From assembly GCA_965662305.1 (NCBI GenBank), contig CBFIHK010000001.1, positions 15,377 to 79,376 on the forward strand: DNA of 64,000 nucleotides, in the 5' to 3' direction. A program made the position numbers and the translations under genes. Under the pieces are notes generated by a model that saw only the letters and a list, made by a program, of their open reading frames with translations, did not search any database and was not told the DNA's origin. Of the stretch, positions 19,685-30,632 are shown piece after piece. The stretch comes from Luminiphilus sp. Its GTDB lineage: Bacteria > Pseudomonadota > Gammaproteobacteria > Pseudomonadales > Halieaceae. Each line of letters starts with the position of its first letter. The stretch's first letter is position 1.

Positions 19685-20978
19685 TCACCTTTGAAAGGTG
19701 CGCCAGCGAACCCGCATTTTTCTCCCAGTTTCTGCCGTCAAAGGGTTTGTCATAAACCGCTTCGATTGTCTCGGGTTTGATGCAACGCGCATTGACGCTT
19801 ACGCCATCAGGGTTAGACCGTGGGACATAAAACGACTTAACGCCGCATTGCTTGCAGAAATAATGTTTCGCGAGGCCACTCCCGAAGGTGTAGAGCGACA
19901 GCGACTCTTCGCCTTTTGTCAGGGTAAATCGGCTTTCCGGTACGAGTAGGTGCTGATAATGATAGATATCGCAGATACTGCAGTTGCAGGTGTGGGTATC
20001 CAGCACAGCGGGTGCTTCCACTGTCCATTCGACGGTACCGCAATGGCATCCTCCAGTGTGGGTCACACGGGGCGCATCTTTTGAGGCCGCGACTTTCTCG
20101 CCTCTAATGCGAATCTGCTCAATTAGGCCGGAGGTGTCCCATCGACCACCACCGTTTTTCTGCACATTGGCGTATTGGGCATCCACCATTGTTGCAATAG
20201 GTAGGTGAAGGCCCAGCCGCTCGGCCACGTCGAGCGCAAAACCGAGATCCTTACGCATCCAGTCAATGGCAAAGCCGAAGTCGTATTCGCGCTGTGCCAT
20301 GGTCGATGCGCGGTTATTCATTTGCCAGGATTGCGCGGCGCCGCCCTGAATTGCCTTTGTGACTTCATCAATATCGAGCCCAGCACATTCGGCAAAATGC
20401 AGTGCCTCAGAAAGGCCCCCAAGAATGCCTGCAATGGCCAATTGATTCACCATCTTCGTGGTCTGTCCGCTCCCCACGTCGCCCATGAGCTGAACGTGCT
20501 TCGCGAAAGAGCGCATGATGGGTTCGACGCAATCAAAATGTGCTTGCTTACCGCCTACCATGACTGTCAGAACACCGTTCTCGGCGCCGGCTTGTCCCCC
20601 TGATACGGGCGCATCTAAGAACTGGACACCGATAGCATCGCAGGCGTTGTTGAGTTCGACCGCAAGCTCTCTCGATGTGGTTGTGTGGTCCACCAGAGTC
20701 GCACCCTGCGTCATCGTGGACAAAACACCTTCAGAGTCCGACGCAACTGCCCGTACATCGCTATCATTGCCCACGCAGAGAAACACAACACTGGCGTCAA
20801 CAGCGGCCTCGGCAGGTGTCGGTGCTGAAGTGCCGCCGAACTCTTCGACCCAGGCGAATGCTTTGGCTTCGGTACGGTTGAAAACGCAGACGTCAAAGCC
20901 GTTGCGCTGCAGGTGTCCGGCCATGGGATAGCCCATGGCACCAAGTCCGATAAAGGCAACTTTTTGCTGACTCGACAT
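19677..20978 (-). CDS. beta-hydroxyacid (3-hydroxyisobutyrate-type) dehydrogenase fused to a GFA/CENP-V Zn domain
   Basis: N-terminal ~290 aa: FIGLGAMG, DAPVSGG, GSGQTTKMVNQ, KDL. C-terminal ~130 aa: GGCHCG, CNCSIC, HYFCKQCG, RSNPDG.VN.RC. Confidence 0.85.
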   Translation of the reverse strand: MSSQQKVAFIGLGAMGYPMAGHLQRNGFDVCVFNRTEAKAFAWVEEFGGTSAPTPAEAAVDASVVFLCVGNDSDVRAVASDSEGVLSTMTQGATLVDHTTTSRELAVELNNACDAIGVQFLDAPVSGGQAGAENGVLTVMVGGKQAHFDCVEPIMRSFAKHVQLMGDVGSGQTTKMVNQLAIAGILGGLSEALHFAECAGLDIDEVTKAIQGGAAQSWQMNNRASTMAQREYDFGFAIDWMRKDLGFALDVAERLGLHLPIATMVDAQYANVQKNGGGRWDTSGLIEQIRIRGEKVAASKDAPRVTHTGGCHCGTVEWTVEAPAVLDTHTCNCSICDIYHYQHLLVPESRFTLTKGEESLSLYTFGSGLAKHYFCKQCGVKSFYVPRSNPDGVSVNARCIKPETIEAVYDKPFDGRNWEKNAGSLAHLSKVNE

Positions 20979-21029
20979 GCGGTGTTTCCTGATGCAATGT
21001 TTTAGAACTTATTCGAAAGTGAGTTGACC

Positions 21030-22811
21030 ATGAAAAGAACGATAAGGCGATGCCTCGCAACGTTAACGACCACTATTTTGGCGTTAAGTGTTACGGCACA
21101 AGACCTGGGTCCCGGTGCACGACCCATAGGTGAGAATTGGTCGCGCAGTCCTGTGATGGCTGTTAACGGTATGGCCGCGACAGCACAGCCACTCGCATCC
21201 TCTATTGCTGTTGATGTTCTCAAGCTGGGTGGCTCCGCGGTCGATGCTGCGATTGCTGCGAATGCTGCTCTTGGTTTGATGGAACCTACCGGTAATGGAA
21301 TTGGTGGCGATTTGTTTGCCATCGTTTGGGATCCAAAATCGAAGCAGCTTTATGGCTATAACGGCTCGGGGCGATCTCCCAAGGGGCGGTCGTTGGCCCA
21401 GCTCAAAAGCGCAATTGCGACGATGAAAGAAAAGGGCGCGCTGGCCACGGACTACGTAGGCATACCCTCGCACGGGTCTCTGTCTGTGACAGTGCCTGGT
21501 GCTGTCGACGGCTGGTTTGCTCTGCACGAGCGTTGGGGGCAATTAACGATGAGTGAAGTTCTCGAACAGCCCATACGTTACGCAAATGAGGGCTTTCCCT
21601 TGTCGCCTGTTATTGCAGCAGGATTTGCGGCTAATCAGCGCCGTTTCGAAAGTGTTGCACCCATGATCGAAGAACAGGTGAATGCGAACGCCACATATTT
21701 TGCAGGCGGTGTCGCGCCGAAAGCTGGCGATCTCTTTAGAAATACAGATCTCGGATCGACGCTCGCTGCGATCGCAAACGATGGGCGCATGGCTTTTTAC
21801 AGCGGCAGTGTCGCTAAGAAAATGGCTGCCTATTTTGAAGAGATTGGCGCGGATCTGACACTCGAAGATTTACAGAATCACACGGGCGAGTGGGTTGAGC
21901 CGCGAGGTGTCGAGTATCACGGCTACACATTGTTTGAATTACCGCCTAACGGACAGGGATTCGCGGCGCTGATGATGGTTAATATTTTGAAAAACGTCGA
22001 TTTGCGCGATTTCGACCGAGGATCACCCGAAATCTTCCACTTCATGGTTGAGGCGAAACGCCTAGCGTTCGAGGCCATGGCGGGCACATTTGCGGATCCT
22101 GCGTTTGCAGATATTCCTATCGACGAGTTACTAAGCGACAAATTTGCGGAGCGTCAGTTTGCCCGCATTAAGACTGATGGCGTTATTTCACCAGCGCAGT
22201 TAGCGGTCGAGTTAGAGGGCGAGGGGGATACAACTTACTTAACCGTTGTCGACGGCGACGGCATGATGGTGTCGCTTATTCAGTCAAACTACCGCGGTAT
22301 GGGGTCCGGACTCGTCCCCACAGGTCTTGGTTTTATGCTGCAAGATCGCGGTGAGTTGTTCTCCTTGGAGGAGGGGCATCCCAATGTCTACGCCCCGGGT
22401 AAACGACCCTTCCACACCATCATTCCCGCCTTTTTGTTCAAAGACGGAAAGCCATTCATGAGCTACGGACTGATGGGAGGCGGTATGCAGCCGCAGGGTC
22501 ACGTGCAGGTTCTGGTTAACATCGCTGATTTTGGTATGAATCTCCAGGAAGCGGGCGACGCGGCTCGATTCCTCCACGACGGTGGCTCAAGTCCCGATGA
22601 AGGTATCGAGACTGACTATGGAACACTTTTCGTCGAGCCGGGCGTGCCAGAGAGCACGGTAGATGCGCTCAGGGCGTTGGGACACAATGTTGAAGTAGAC
22701 GATACCGCAGGCAAGTTTGGTGGTTATCAGGCTATTAGTCGTGATCTTGAGACCGGTGTTCTGACAGGTGCGACGGAAATGCGTAAGGACGGTACGGTCG
22801 TTGGCTACTGA
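21030..22811 (+). CDS. ggt: gamma-glutamyltransferase, exported
   Basis: GGSAVDAAIA, GIGGD, VPGAVDGW, autocleavage site GD|TTYLTVVD, PGKRPFHT, QPQG; signal peptide. Confidence 0.92.
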   Translation: MKRTIRRCLATLTTTILALSVTAQDLGPGARPIGENWSRSPVMAVNGMAATAQPLASSIAVDVLKLGGSAVDAAIAANAALGLMEPTGNGIGGDLFAIVWDPKSKQLYGYNGSGRSPKGRSLAQLKSAIATMKEKGALATDYVGIPSHGSLSVTVPGAVDGWFALHERWGQLTMSEVLEQPIRYANEGFPLSPVIAAGFAANQRRFESVAPMIEEQVNANATYFAGGVAPKAGDLFRNTDLGSTLAAIANDGRMAFYSGSVAKKMAAYFEEIGADLTLEDLQNHTGEWVEPRGVEYHGYTLFELPPNGQGFAALMMVNILKNVDLRDFDRGSPEIFHFMVEAKRLAFEAMAGTFADPAFADIPIDELLSDKFAERQFARIKTDGVISPAQLAVELEGEGDTTYLTVVDGDGMMVSLIQSNYRGMGSGLVPTGLGFMLQDRGELFSLEEGHPNVYAPGKRPFHTIIPAFLFKDGKPFMSYGLMGGGMQPQGHVQVLVNIADFGMNLQEAGDAARFLHDGGSSPDEGIETDYGTLFVEPGVPESTVDALRALGHNVEVDDTAGKFGGYQAISRDLETGVLTGATEMRKDGTVVGY

Positions 22812-23523
22812 GACGCGACCACTTGCCATTGTGGTCGGGAGTGGCGGCGCGATTGCACGCTCGCTCCTCGACCTTTGGACTCAGTCGAATCGTTACGATG
22901 TGGTTGCGATTGGGCGCGCGCACTGTGATATCGAAAACGTACAGTCATTGCTAACTGACTACAGCGAAACCTCTCTCGCTGAGGTTGCTGCGTCGGTGGC
23001 CACACGTGGCACAAATATTGAGCGCCTCGTCATCACCAACGGCGTGTTGTCTGGTGAGGACTTCGGTCCCGAGCGAAAAGTGGGTGATATCAATGCTGCC
23101 GCATGGCAGCACGTTATGAATGTGAACGCGCTGACACCCATGCTAGTGCTGTCTTCGTTCTGGGGGTTGGTTCGGAAATCAGAGCAGCCACGCATAGCTG
23201 CGTTAACGGCGCGTGTGGGTAGTTTGTCGGATAACGGCTTGGGCGGTTGGTATAGTTATCGAGCGAGTAAGGCTGCGCTTAACATGATGCTCAAATGTGC
23301 TGCCATTGAGGCTAAGCGGGTAAATAAGAACGCAAAACTTATCGCCTACCACCCAGGGACGGTTGACTCGCCTTTGTCGAAGCCCTTTCAACGATCGGTG
23401 CCTGAGGAAAAGCTGTTTACCCCTAAGTTTTCGGCTCAACAGCTTGAAGGGATTATGGCCTCGGCGATCCCCGACGGAGATCTCTCTTACTTGGACTGGG
23501 CGGGTGAGCCCATCGACTGGTGA
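22801..23523 (+). CDS. short-chain dehydrogenase, CsgA/C-factor-like
   Basis: GSGGAIA, ARVGSLSDNGLGGWYSYRASKAALN, HPGTVDSPLSKPF. Start uncertain (TTG 22801; ORF track 22768). Confidence 0.85.
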   Translation: MATETRPLAIVVGSGGAIARSLLDLWTQSNRYDVVAIGRAHCDIENVQSLLTDYSETSLAEVAASVATRGTNIERLVITNGVLSGEDFGPERKVGDINAAAWQHVMNVNALTPMLVLSSFWGLVRKSEQPRIAALTARVGSLSDNGLGGWYSYRASKAALNMMLKCAAIEAKRVNKNAKLIAYHPGTVDSPLSKPFQRSVPEEKLFTPKFSAQQLEGIMASAIPDGDLSYLDWAGEPIDW

Positions 23524-23616
23524 CAAAAATCGCCCGGAGATAAGTGCGTTTAACGCCTGAGATCCTGAGCAGGCCTAACCGATTTAACAGCCCGGCTCCT
23601 CGGGTTTGTTACAGAC

Positions 23617-24300
23617 TCAGGCTAAAAATTCAGCGCGAGAGGCTGGGTCGGACTTGAACACCCCACCAAGAGAAGTTGTGCGTGTCGAAGAATTCCCATC
23701 CTTAACGCCGCGTGCTTTCACGCAGTAATGCACAGCGGTAATCGTTACCGCCACGTCGTCTGTGCCCAGCAGCGTCTGTAGTGCGACGAGAATTTGTTGT
23801 GTCAGGCGCTCTTGGACTTGTGGCCGCTGTGCGAAGAAGCGCACAAGACGGTTGATCTTAGAGAGACCAATCACTTTCTCATTGGGAATGTAAGCGACTT
23901 TTGCAAAGCCATCGATCGTTACAAAGTGGTGCTCGCAGGTGCTAGTAAGATCAATCTTGTCGACGCAGACCATCTCCTCGACATTCATTTTATTGTCGAT
24001 AACGGTGATTTTGGGGAATTTGGAGTAATCGAGTCCCGAAAAAATCTCATCGACGTACATTTTTGCGATTCGATGCGGCGTTTCCTCAAGGCTGTCGTCG
24101 CTGAGGTCAAGACCCAGTGTGTTCATGATGGTCTCGAACGACTCGCGAATACGGTCATATTTCTGATCTCGCGATAGGTTGTTTACTACCATAGGAGTTT
24201 CAAGACCGCGCTCAAGCAGTGCCCCGCGCACAGCGATCGCTTCCTCGGAGAGTGATCCTGGCAGCGTGGTGGTCTTTGCTTTAGGTTGAACTTGATGCAT
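23617..24300 (-). CDS. folE: GTP cyclohydrolase I
   Basis: [41 protein letters not shown]. Confidence 0.95.
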   Translation of the reverse strand: MHQVQPKAKTTTLPGSLSEEAIAVRGALLERGLETPMVVNNLSRDQKYDRIRESFETIMNTLGLDLSDDSLEETPHRIAKMYVDEIFSGLDYSKFPKITVIDNKMNVEEMVCVDKIDLTSTCEHHFVTIDGFAKVAYIPNEKVIGLSKINRLVRFFAQRPQVQERLTQQILVALQTLLGTDDVAVTITAVHYCVKARGVKDGNSSTRTTSLGGVFKSDPASRAEFLA

Positions 24301-24432
24301 CGTCCGTTGTCCTTAGAATTAGGTGTAGACTTGGTACGGCTGTGTTTTGGACGCGGATGCCGCCGCCAAGTCGTTTGATTCAATTTGTTTGCGTTTGTAG
24401 ATGTTTTGCATAGGTGTAATGGGTGTAAAGAT

Positions 24433-25002
24433 ATGTTGACACGTTTTTCATTGTTTTTCGCGGTCATCGCGGTAATTTCATCCTCAGCGATGGCGGCTGA
24501 TAAGAACGAATTGGCGCTTGAAGCGTTCAGAGAGGCGGGAGCCGGATCTTATATCGATGCATCCTACGGCTATGCCGTCTTCCCAAGCATCGGCAAGGCA
24601 GGCTTGATTATCGGTGGCGCCCACGGCAAAGGTGCTGTTTATCGAGAGGGCACGATAATAGGCAATTCTACGATGACACAAATTAGTCTGGGGTTGCAGT
24701 TTGGTGGTCAGGTCTACAAGCAGATAATATTTTTCGAGGATGCCCGTTCCATGCGGGAGTTTACCTCAGGCGATTTTGAATTCAGCGGCCAGGCCGCCGC
24801 CGTTGCACTGAATTCAGGTGCCTCCGCTGAGATAAGTACCGGTGGTGGCGGCCGCGTCTCGGTGACAGCCGCCAACGGGGAGAGTTCGGAAGTCGATAGT
24901 GCAGGCTTTGTCGACGGGATGGCTGTTTTCACCTTGTCGCAGGGTGGCTTCATGGTTGAGGTTTCGATCGGCGGTCAAAAATTTAGCTACGAGCCGCTGT
25001 AA
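24433..25002 (+). CDS. YSC84/SYLF-domain exported protein
   Basis: Signal peptide, GYAVFPSIGKAGLIIGGAHGKG, SLGLQFGGQ, GFMVEVSIGGQKFSY. Confidence 0.8.
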   Translation: MLTRFSLFFAVIAVISSSAMAADKNELALEAFREAGAGSYIDASYGYAVFPSIGKAGLIIGGAHGKGAVYREGTIIGNSTMTQISLGLQFGGQVYKQIIFFEDARSMREFTSGDFEFSGQAAAVALNSGASAEISTGGGGRVSVTAANGESSEVDSAGFVDGMAVFTLSQGGFMVEVSIGGQKFSYEPL

Positions 25003-25003
25003 G

Positions 25004-26245
25004 TCAGAGTGGTATCTCATCAAAGGAGATATCCACGCTTGATAACCGATCTACTAAATGCTGGCCCATCGCGGAGGCGGGTGTCCATATCCCGCCCTCA
25101 ACTTCGAGATCGTCATATGCGAGAGATAGGCCCGCTTGGGCCAGCATTCTAGACGTTGCACCATACCCCGGGTCTCGTTTTCCTTTCACAGAAACTCTCA
25201 CATCTTTCCCGCGGTCGTCTGGATGGTGTGCGTGAACGAAAAATTCGAAAAATCCGTTCTCGCGCTCGGACAAGGAGGGGCCATCACCAGGCTGCGGTAA
25301 ACGCTTGGCTATTAATCTTCTCAGCGGTCCAATGGCCATGGCGGCCATGCCAAGTGTCGTAGCGCCTGACAGAAGCAAGCCTGAACGCCTGTTATCGACC
25401 AGCAGGGCTTCGTCGTAGGAAAAATTGGCGCCATAAGCCAGGCTGGAAAGCGCATTTGAACGACGCACAACCTTGCTGTTGATGGCCGCCATGACAAAGG
25501 GTCCCGTCCAACTCTCAAAGTTCTCATCCCAACGAACGCCCCTTTGATCCGGCCCATCTGGCCCTGGGTTGAGCTCTGCGGGGTACAGTCCGTAAGGATC
25601 ATTGAGTGCTTTACGAGCAACGGGGTCACTGACACCTTGCTCTACAGCGAGCAGCATACTCGCAACTGTTCCACCACTCACAGCGCCTTTTGATTTACCC
25701 ATCCGGCCACTGACTTTCTTCGCAAATATCCCATGTTTTTTCATCATGGTCTGCTGCGCAACGTAGACACCGAGATCTGAGGGTATACTGTCAAATCCAC
25801 AACAGTGAACCAAGCGCGCACCCGTCTCTTCAGCGAGTGCACTCACTTTTTCAAAAATTGAAGCCATCCATTGAGGTTCGCCAGTGAGATCGCAGTAATG
25901 TGTTCCCTCGGCGGCGCAGGCTTCAACCAGCGATGTGCCGAAGCGCGCGTAGGGACCGACGGTGCTGATAATGACTCTCGAGACGGCAGCGAGTCGCCTC
26001 ATATCATCAGCGCGACTGCTGTCCGCGACGATCGTCGCCAAGTCCGGCGCGCTGATTGCTTTCTTTATCTCGTCGAGTTTTGTTTGCGAGCGTCCGGCAA
26101 TTGCCCACGACAGCTCTTTGTGATTCTTGTGCAGATACTCCGCAACCAGCGCTCCGGTAAACCCGGTGGCACCGTAGACGACGATGTCGAAGTTTCTGTC
26201 TGTATTTTCACTCATACCAAAGTCGTCAAATTCGCTTTTGTTCAT
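25004..26245 (-). CDS. saccharopine dehydrogenase-like / trans-acting enoyl reductase family oxidoreductase
   Basis: YGATGFTG, AGRS, TVGPY, YCDLTGE, CGFDSIPSD, DPGYGATS. Confidence 0.85.
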   Translation of the reverse strand: MNKSEFDDFGMSENTDRNFDIVVYGATGFTGALVAEYLHKNHKELSWAIAGRSQTKLDEIKKAISAPDLATIVADSSRADDMRRLAAVSRVIISTVGPYARFGTSLVEACAAEGTHYCDLTGEPQWMASIFEKVSALAEETGARLVHCCGFDSIPSDLGVYVAQQTMMKKHGIFAKKVSGRMGKSKGAVSGGTVASMLLAVEQGVSDPVARKALNDPYGLYPAELNPGPDGPDQRGVRWDENFESWTGPFVMAAINSKVVRRSNALSSLAYGANFSYDEALLVDNRRSGLLLSGATTLGMAAMAIGPLRRLIAKRLPQPGDGPSLSERENGFFEFFVHAHHPDDRGKDVRVSVKGKRDPGYGATSRMLAQAGLSLAYDDLEVEGGIWTPASAMGQHLVDRLSSVDISFDEIPL

Positions 26246-26321
26246 AACGCCCCCATACTGGATATCGCAGTGTAGCAGTGTGACGAAAAATGGCGGCTAT
26301 TAATCACGTTGAATCGTAGCG

Positions 26322-27548
26322 ATGTGGTACCCTAGATTCGTTAGAAATCCGTCACACAGGGGGTTGATAGTGGTTGCGGTGTTCAAGCGTATGATTGGGC
26401 CTCTCGTTGTTATTTTGTTCACGGGTCTGACAGTGGGGGTACTGGTTCAAAACGCACCCCAGCCCGAGGTTGGTGAACCCGAGACCGTGCGAATCGGCGT
26501 ATACACCGAATCGGCGAAACGCACGGTTGCCTCCGCTGAGGTAACGGTTTACGGTGAAGTCAGACCTAGAGTCCAGATTGATGTAATCAGCGAAGTCGCA
26601 GGGCGAATCACCGCGGTCTCTCCCAGCTTTGCAGAAGGTGGGAGCATTGCGGCCGGTGAGCCGCTCGTAACGATTGAGCAGCGCGATTACAACGTGGCCT
26701 TGTCTGAAGCCAACGCCCGTGTAGCCGCTAGGGAACTCGAGCTTGCGCAGGCACTTGCTGACGCCGATGTGGCTAAAAAACAGCTGGCTAATGAGAAAAA
26801 CCCCTCAGATCTAGCACTGAAGTTACCTCAGATTGCACAGGCACGCGCTGCATTAGAAGCCGCTCAAATTGGTTTTGAACGGGCGCAGTCAGATCTTGAG
26901 CGAACGCGAGTGACGCTCCCGTTTGACGCAAGGATCACTCAGACATCTGTCGACGAGGGTCAGTATCTTGGGCTTGGTCGAACGGTTGCTTCGGTATTCT
27001 CTACCGACATTGCCGAAGTGCGTTTGCCGTTCACCGATGCTGACATCGCGGCGCTCGGTATTCCCATCGGTTACGAGGCTGAGGAAGGAAAGGGATTGCG
27101 AGTCAGGCTGACCGCGGACGTTGCAGGCGCCACTCGACAATGGCAAGGAGAACTTGTTCGACTCGATGCTGCACTCGATCGCCGAACTCGCACAACATTT
27201 GGCACGGCAGAGGTGCGTAACCCATTTGCTCAGTCCGATAGTTCTATGCCTATGGCACCTGGTCTATTTGTTTCGGCAAATGTCGAGGGCCGGTCGCTTT
27301 CTGATGTCTTGGCAATTCCAGCTGCTGGACTGCGTGCAGGAGGGCGGGTCTTTATTATGAATGATGAGGATTTACTCGAGATCCGAAGTGTGCGCGTTGC
27401 ACATGCAACCGATGAAATAGCCTATTTGAGCAGTGGTATTAGCGAGGGCGATCGCGTCATAGTCTCCCCAATCCGTAATCCGGTTCCCGGCATGGCGCTA
27501 TCGGCGATTCAGGAAGCTGCCGATCCCGTGCAGTTGAGTGCGGGTTAA
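26322..27548 (+). CDS. RND efflux periplasmic adaptor (membrane fusion protein)
   Basis: N-terminal TM, SEVAGRI, coiled-coil hairpin, LPFDARI, PGLFV; directly upstream of the RND permease. Start uncertain. Confidence 0.88.
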   Translation: MWYPRFVRNPSHRGLIVVAVFKRMIGPLVVILFTGLTVGVLVQNAPQPEVGEPETVRIGVYTESAKRTVASAEVTVYGEVRPRVQIDVISEVAGRITAVSPSFAEGGSIAAGEPLVTIEQRDYNVALSEANARVAARELELAQALADADVAKKQLANEKNPSDLALKLPQIAQARAALEAAQIGFERAQSDLERTRVTLPFDARITQTSVDEGQYLGLGRTVASVFSTDIAEVRLPFTDADIAALGIPIGYEAEEGKGLRVRLTADVAGATRQWQGELVRLDAALDRRTRTTFGTAEVRNPFAQSDSSMPMAPGLFVSANVEGRSLSDVLAIPAAGLRAGGRVFIMNDEDLLEIRSVRVAHATDEIAYLSSGISEGDRVIVSPIRNPVPGMALSAIQEAADPVQLSAG

Positions 27549-27551
27549 GAT

Positions 27552-30500
27552 ATGAGAGGAGTGATCGCGTGGTGGGTGAGAAACGCCGTTGCCGCTAATT
27601 TGCTGATGACGTTCATTTTTGTCTCGGGTCTTATTGCTTGGGGCACGATTGAAAAAGAGGTTCAACCAGTCGTAAAGCTGCCGCTTGTTCAGGTTTCGCT
27701 TACCTGGCCCGGAGCGTCGCCCAAAGAAATTGAGCAGCAGGTTATCCAGCGCGTTGAGGCAGCGGTGAAGAATCTGGATAACGTTCGCCGATACAACTCT
27801 AGCGCCAGTGAAGGCTTTGGCAGTGTCAGACTCGAGGCTGCACCTCGCGCCGACATGACAAAGTTTAAAGAAGACATTCGCGACGCCGTGGATGCGATCA
27901 CTTCATTCCCACGCGATCTAGAGCCACCGCGGATTCGTTTGCTTGAGTGGAAGGAAACTATCCACTACCTAACTGTTATGGGGGATGTAGGGGAACGTGA
28001 GTTAGGACGACTGGCTGAAGAGTTACGGGATGAACTTCTAAGCCTTAGTCAGGTGAGTGACGTTGATATCAGTGGCGCTCGCAACGAGGAAGTGACCATC
28101 GAGGTTTCCGAGGAGGCCTTGCAGCGCTATCAACTTAGCTTTGCCGAGCTTTCAGCTGCCATTCGGGCTTCATCCATAAACTTATCCTCCGGTGATGTTA
28201 AGACCCCTACTGGTCGAGTCCAGTTACGAGCTGAAAATCTGGCCAATAATCAAACCGATTTCGAGGATATTGTTGTACGAGAGCTACCGTCTGGCGCGCA
28301 ACTCAGGCTTGGTGATGTCGCAACAGTAATCGATGGGTTTGAAGACTTTGATATAACAGCGTCTACCGACGGTATTCCTGCTGTCATGTTGCAGATCGAG
28401 CCCTCCGATCGACTGTTCATCACAAAGACGTCAAAGCAAGTAAATGACTGGATCGAATCCAAGCGTCCTGAGCTGCCAAAGGGTGTAGAGATCACGAGCC
28501 TTGCCGATATGGCAGACGCTTACGATTCGCGCATGTCGCTAATTTTCGATGCTGCCTGGATGGGGCTTTTACTCGTCATGGCCATCCTCCTGCTGACGTT
28601 GCGTTTTACTGTAGCGCTGTGGGTAACCGTCGGTATCGCAATCTCGTTTGTAGGCGCGTTCATCTTCTTACCCGCAGCTGATGTGTCGATTAATTTCCTA
28701 TCTACCTTCGCCTTTTTATTGGTTTTGGGCATTGTGGTAGATGACGCGATTGTTGTGGGTGAGAGTATCCACCACCATCGCGAGGACTTAGGGTTGCCCG
28801 CGGAAGAGGCCGCTATTCGTGGCGCGACCTCGGTGGCAAGACCTGTCATCTTTGCCGTTCTCACTACTGTGGTCGCCTTTGCGCCATGGGCTTTCCTGAC
28901 GGGACCGCAGAGCGAGTTCCTGCGTCATCTGTCGGCAGTTATCGCCTTCGCTTTGGCGTTTTCTCTCATCGAAGCGTTCTTTATTCTCCCGGCCCACCTT
29001 CGAAAGCTTCCAGTCCGACAGGAGGCGGCAAGAGGGTTTGCGCTTCAGCGAAAAATCGCGGATGGCATTACATCTTTTGCAGCTAACACCTACGCGCCCC
29101 TGTTGGAGCGGGCGCTCAAGATTCGATACACCGTGAGTGCCGTCTTTCTCGCGGGCTTTGTCATTGCATTGACTCTCGCGTCAACGGGCTGGGTCCGGTT
29201 CTACTTCTTCCCTCAGCTGGAGAGTGAGACGCTGGTCGTTAACGTGGGGCTGCCCACCGGTGTGCCCTTTGACAGAACCGAAGCGGTCATGGATCAACTC
29301 AATCGAACCAGTGAAGGCCTCAAGGATAATTATCCAGTCATTGGGTCCTTCACGTTTGCCTATGAGAATGAACTCGAGCAATACATTCAGTTGCCCCCGC
29401 CCGATGAAAGTAATGTCTCGATGCGCGATGTGGCGCAGACCTATCTCGAAACCATGGGAGAGATCCCTGACGCAGAAAACATAAATGTTCAGTACACCGC
29501 GAATCAGGGCGAGGCGATTTTAACCTTTGTTCTGGCCCACTCGAGTGAGGAGCGCTTGAAAGAGGCGGCGGCTGAACTCCGAAATTATTTGGTGACTTTC
29601 CAGGACGTATTTTTCGTCAGAGATAATCAGCGAGGTGAGATCGATGAGCTCAATATTCAGCTGAAACCAGGTGCTCAAACTTTGGGCGTGTCTCTGGCAG
29701 ATGTCTCCCGTCAGATACGGCAGTCATACTACGGAGAAGAGGTTCAGCGACTACCTCGCCAATATGGCGACGTGAAAGTCATGCTTCGATATCCAGAAAG
29801 CGACCGCGAATCATTGAATTCTCTTCGGGAACTCAATATCCGAACCGACGATGGCCGTCTTGTTCCACTGGCCACGGTGGCCGATATTGAGGTTCGAAAG
29901 GCGTCACAGCAAATTGTTCGACGAGACGGTCAGCGCATTTTTGAGGTGTATGCGGTCGTAACTCCCGACACCATGACGGACATCAACGATACGGTGCGCG
30001 ACGAGTTCATGCCAGAGCTTCAGGAAAGATATCCGTCGCTTCAGATTATTAAAGGTGGTTGGGAAGAGCAGCAGGCGGAGTTTATGGCAGAGGTGACTCG
30101 CCTGTTTACGTTGGCCATGCTAACGATCTATGCGCTTCTCGCAGTGGCGTTTAGATCATACTCGTTGCCGACGATTATCATGTCGGCGATTCCGTTTGCG
30201 TATATGGGAGCTATTTTTGGGCATCAAATGCTCGGTATACCGCTTGATATGTTCTCATTCTTTGGGATGGGAGCCGCCGCTGGCGTCGTTGTGAACGATA
30301 ATTTGGTTCTTATTGATTACATCCTCAAACGAGAGGAGCAGGGGGATGACCGCTTCACCGCAATCATTAATGCAGCTAAAAATCGATTTAGGCCAATACT
30401 GCTGACCACGCTGACCACTTTCGTGGGGCTTTTCCCGATTATTATTGAGACCTCTCAAGCCGCTGCGTTCCTCAAGCCCTCGGTGGTATCCCTGGCATTT

Positions 30501-30632
30501 GGGGTGTTCTTCGCCTTCTTCGTGAGTTTGATTTTGGTGCCGGCGTTGTACCTCATTGGTGATGATTGGGGGCGAGTCAAGAAAGCTATTTCAGGGTTCT
30601 TTCCTCGTCTCTCACGTCAGGGCGCAAACTAG
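27552..30632 (+). CDS. RND efflux permease (AcrB/CzcA superfamily)
   Basis: 1026 aa; PGASPKEIE, GIVVDDAIVVGE, GVVVNDNLVL, RFRPILLT. Confidence 0.92.
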   Translation: MRGVIAWWVRNAVAANLLMTFIFVSGLIAWGTIEKEVQPVVKLPLVQVSLTWPGASPKEIEQQVIQRVEAAVKNLDNVRRYNSSASEGFGSVRLEAAPRADMTKFKEDIRDAVDAITSFPRDLEPPRIRLLEWKETIHYLTVMGDVGERELGRLAEELRDELLSLSQVSDVDISGARNEEVTIEVSEEALQRYQLSFAELSAAIRASSINLSSGDVKTPTGRVQLRAENLANNQTDFEDIVVRELPSGAQLRLGDVATVIDGFEDFDITASTDGIPAVMLQIEPSDRLFITKTSKQVNDWIESKRPELPKGVEITSLADMADAYDSRMSLIFDAAWMGLLLVMAILLLTLRFTVALWVTVGIAISFVGAFIFLPAADVSINFLSTFAFLLVLGIVVDDAIVVGESIHHHREDLGLPAEEAAIRGATSVARPVIFAVLTTVVAFAPWAFLTGPQSEFLRHLSAVIAFALAFSLIEAFFILPAHLRKLPVRQEAARGFALQRKIADGITSFAANTYAPLLERALKIRYTVSAVFLAGFVIALTLASTGWVRFYFFPQLESETLVVNVGLPTGVPFDRTEAVMDQLNRTSEGLKDNYPVIGSFTFAYENELEQYIQLPPPDESNVSMRDVAQTYLETMGEIPDAENINVQYTANQGEAILTFVLAHSSEERLKEAAAELRNYLVTFQDVFFVRDNQRGEIDELNIQLKPGAQTLGVSLADVSRQIRQSYYGEEVQRLPRQYGDVKVMLRYPESDRESLNSLRELNIRTDDGRLVPLATVADIEVRKASQQIVRRDGQRIFEVYAVVTPDTMTDINDTVRDEFMPELQERYPSLQIIKGGWEEQQAEFMAEVTRLFTLAMLTIYALLAVAFRSYSLPTIIMSAIPFAYMGAIFGHQMLGIPLDMFSFFGMGAAAGVVVNDNLVLIDYILKREEQGDDRFTAIINAAKNRFRPILLTTLTTFVGLFPIIIETSQAAAFLKPSVVSLAFGVFFAFFVSLILVPALYLIGDDWGRVKKAISGFFPRLSRQGAN

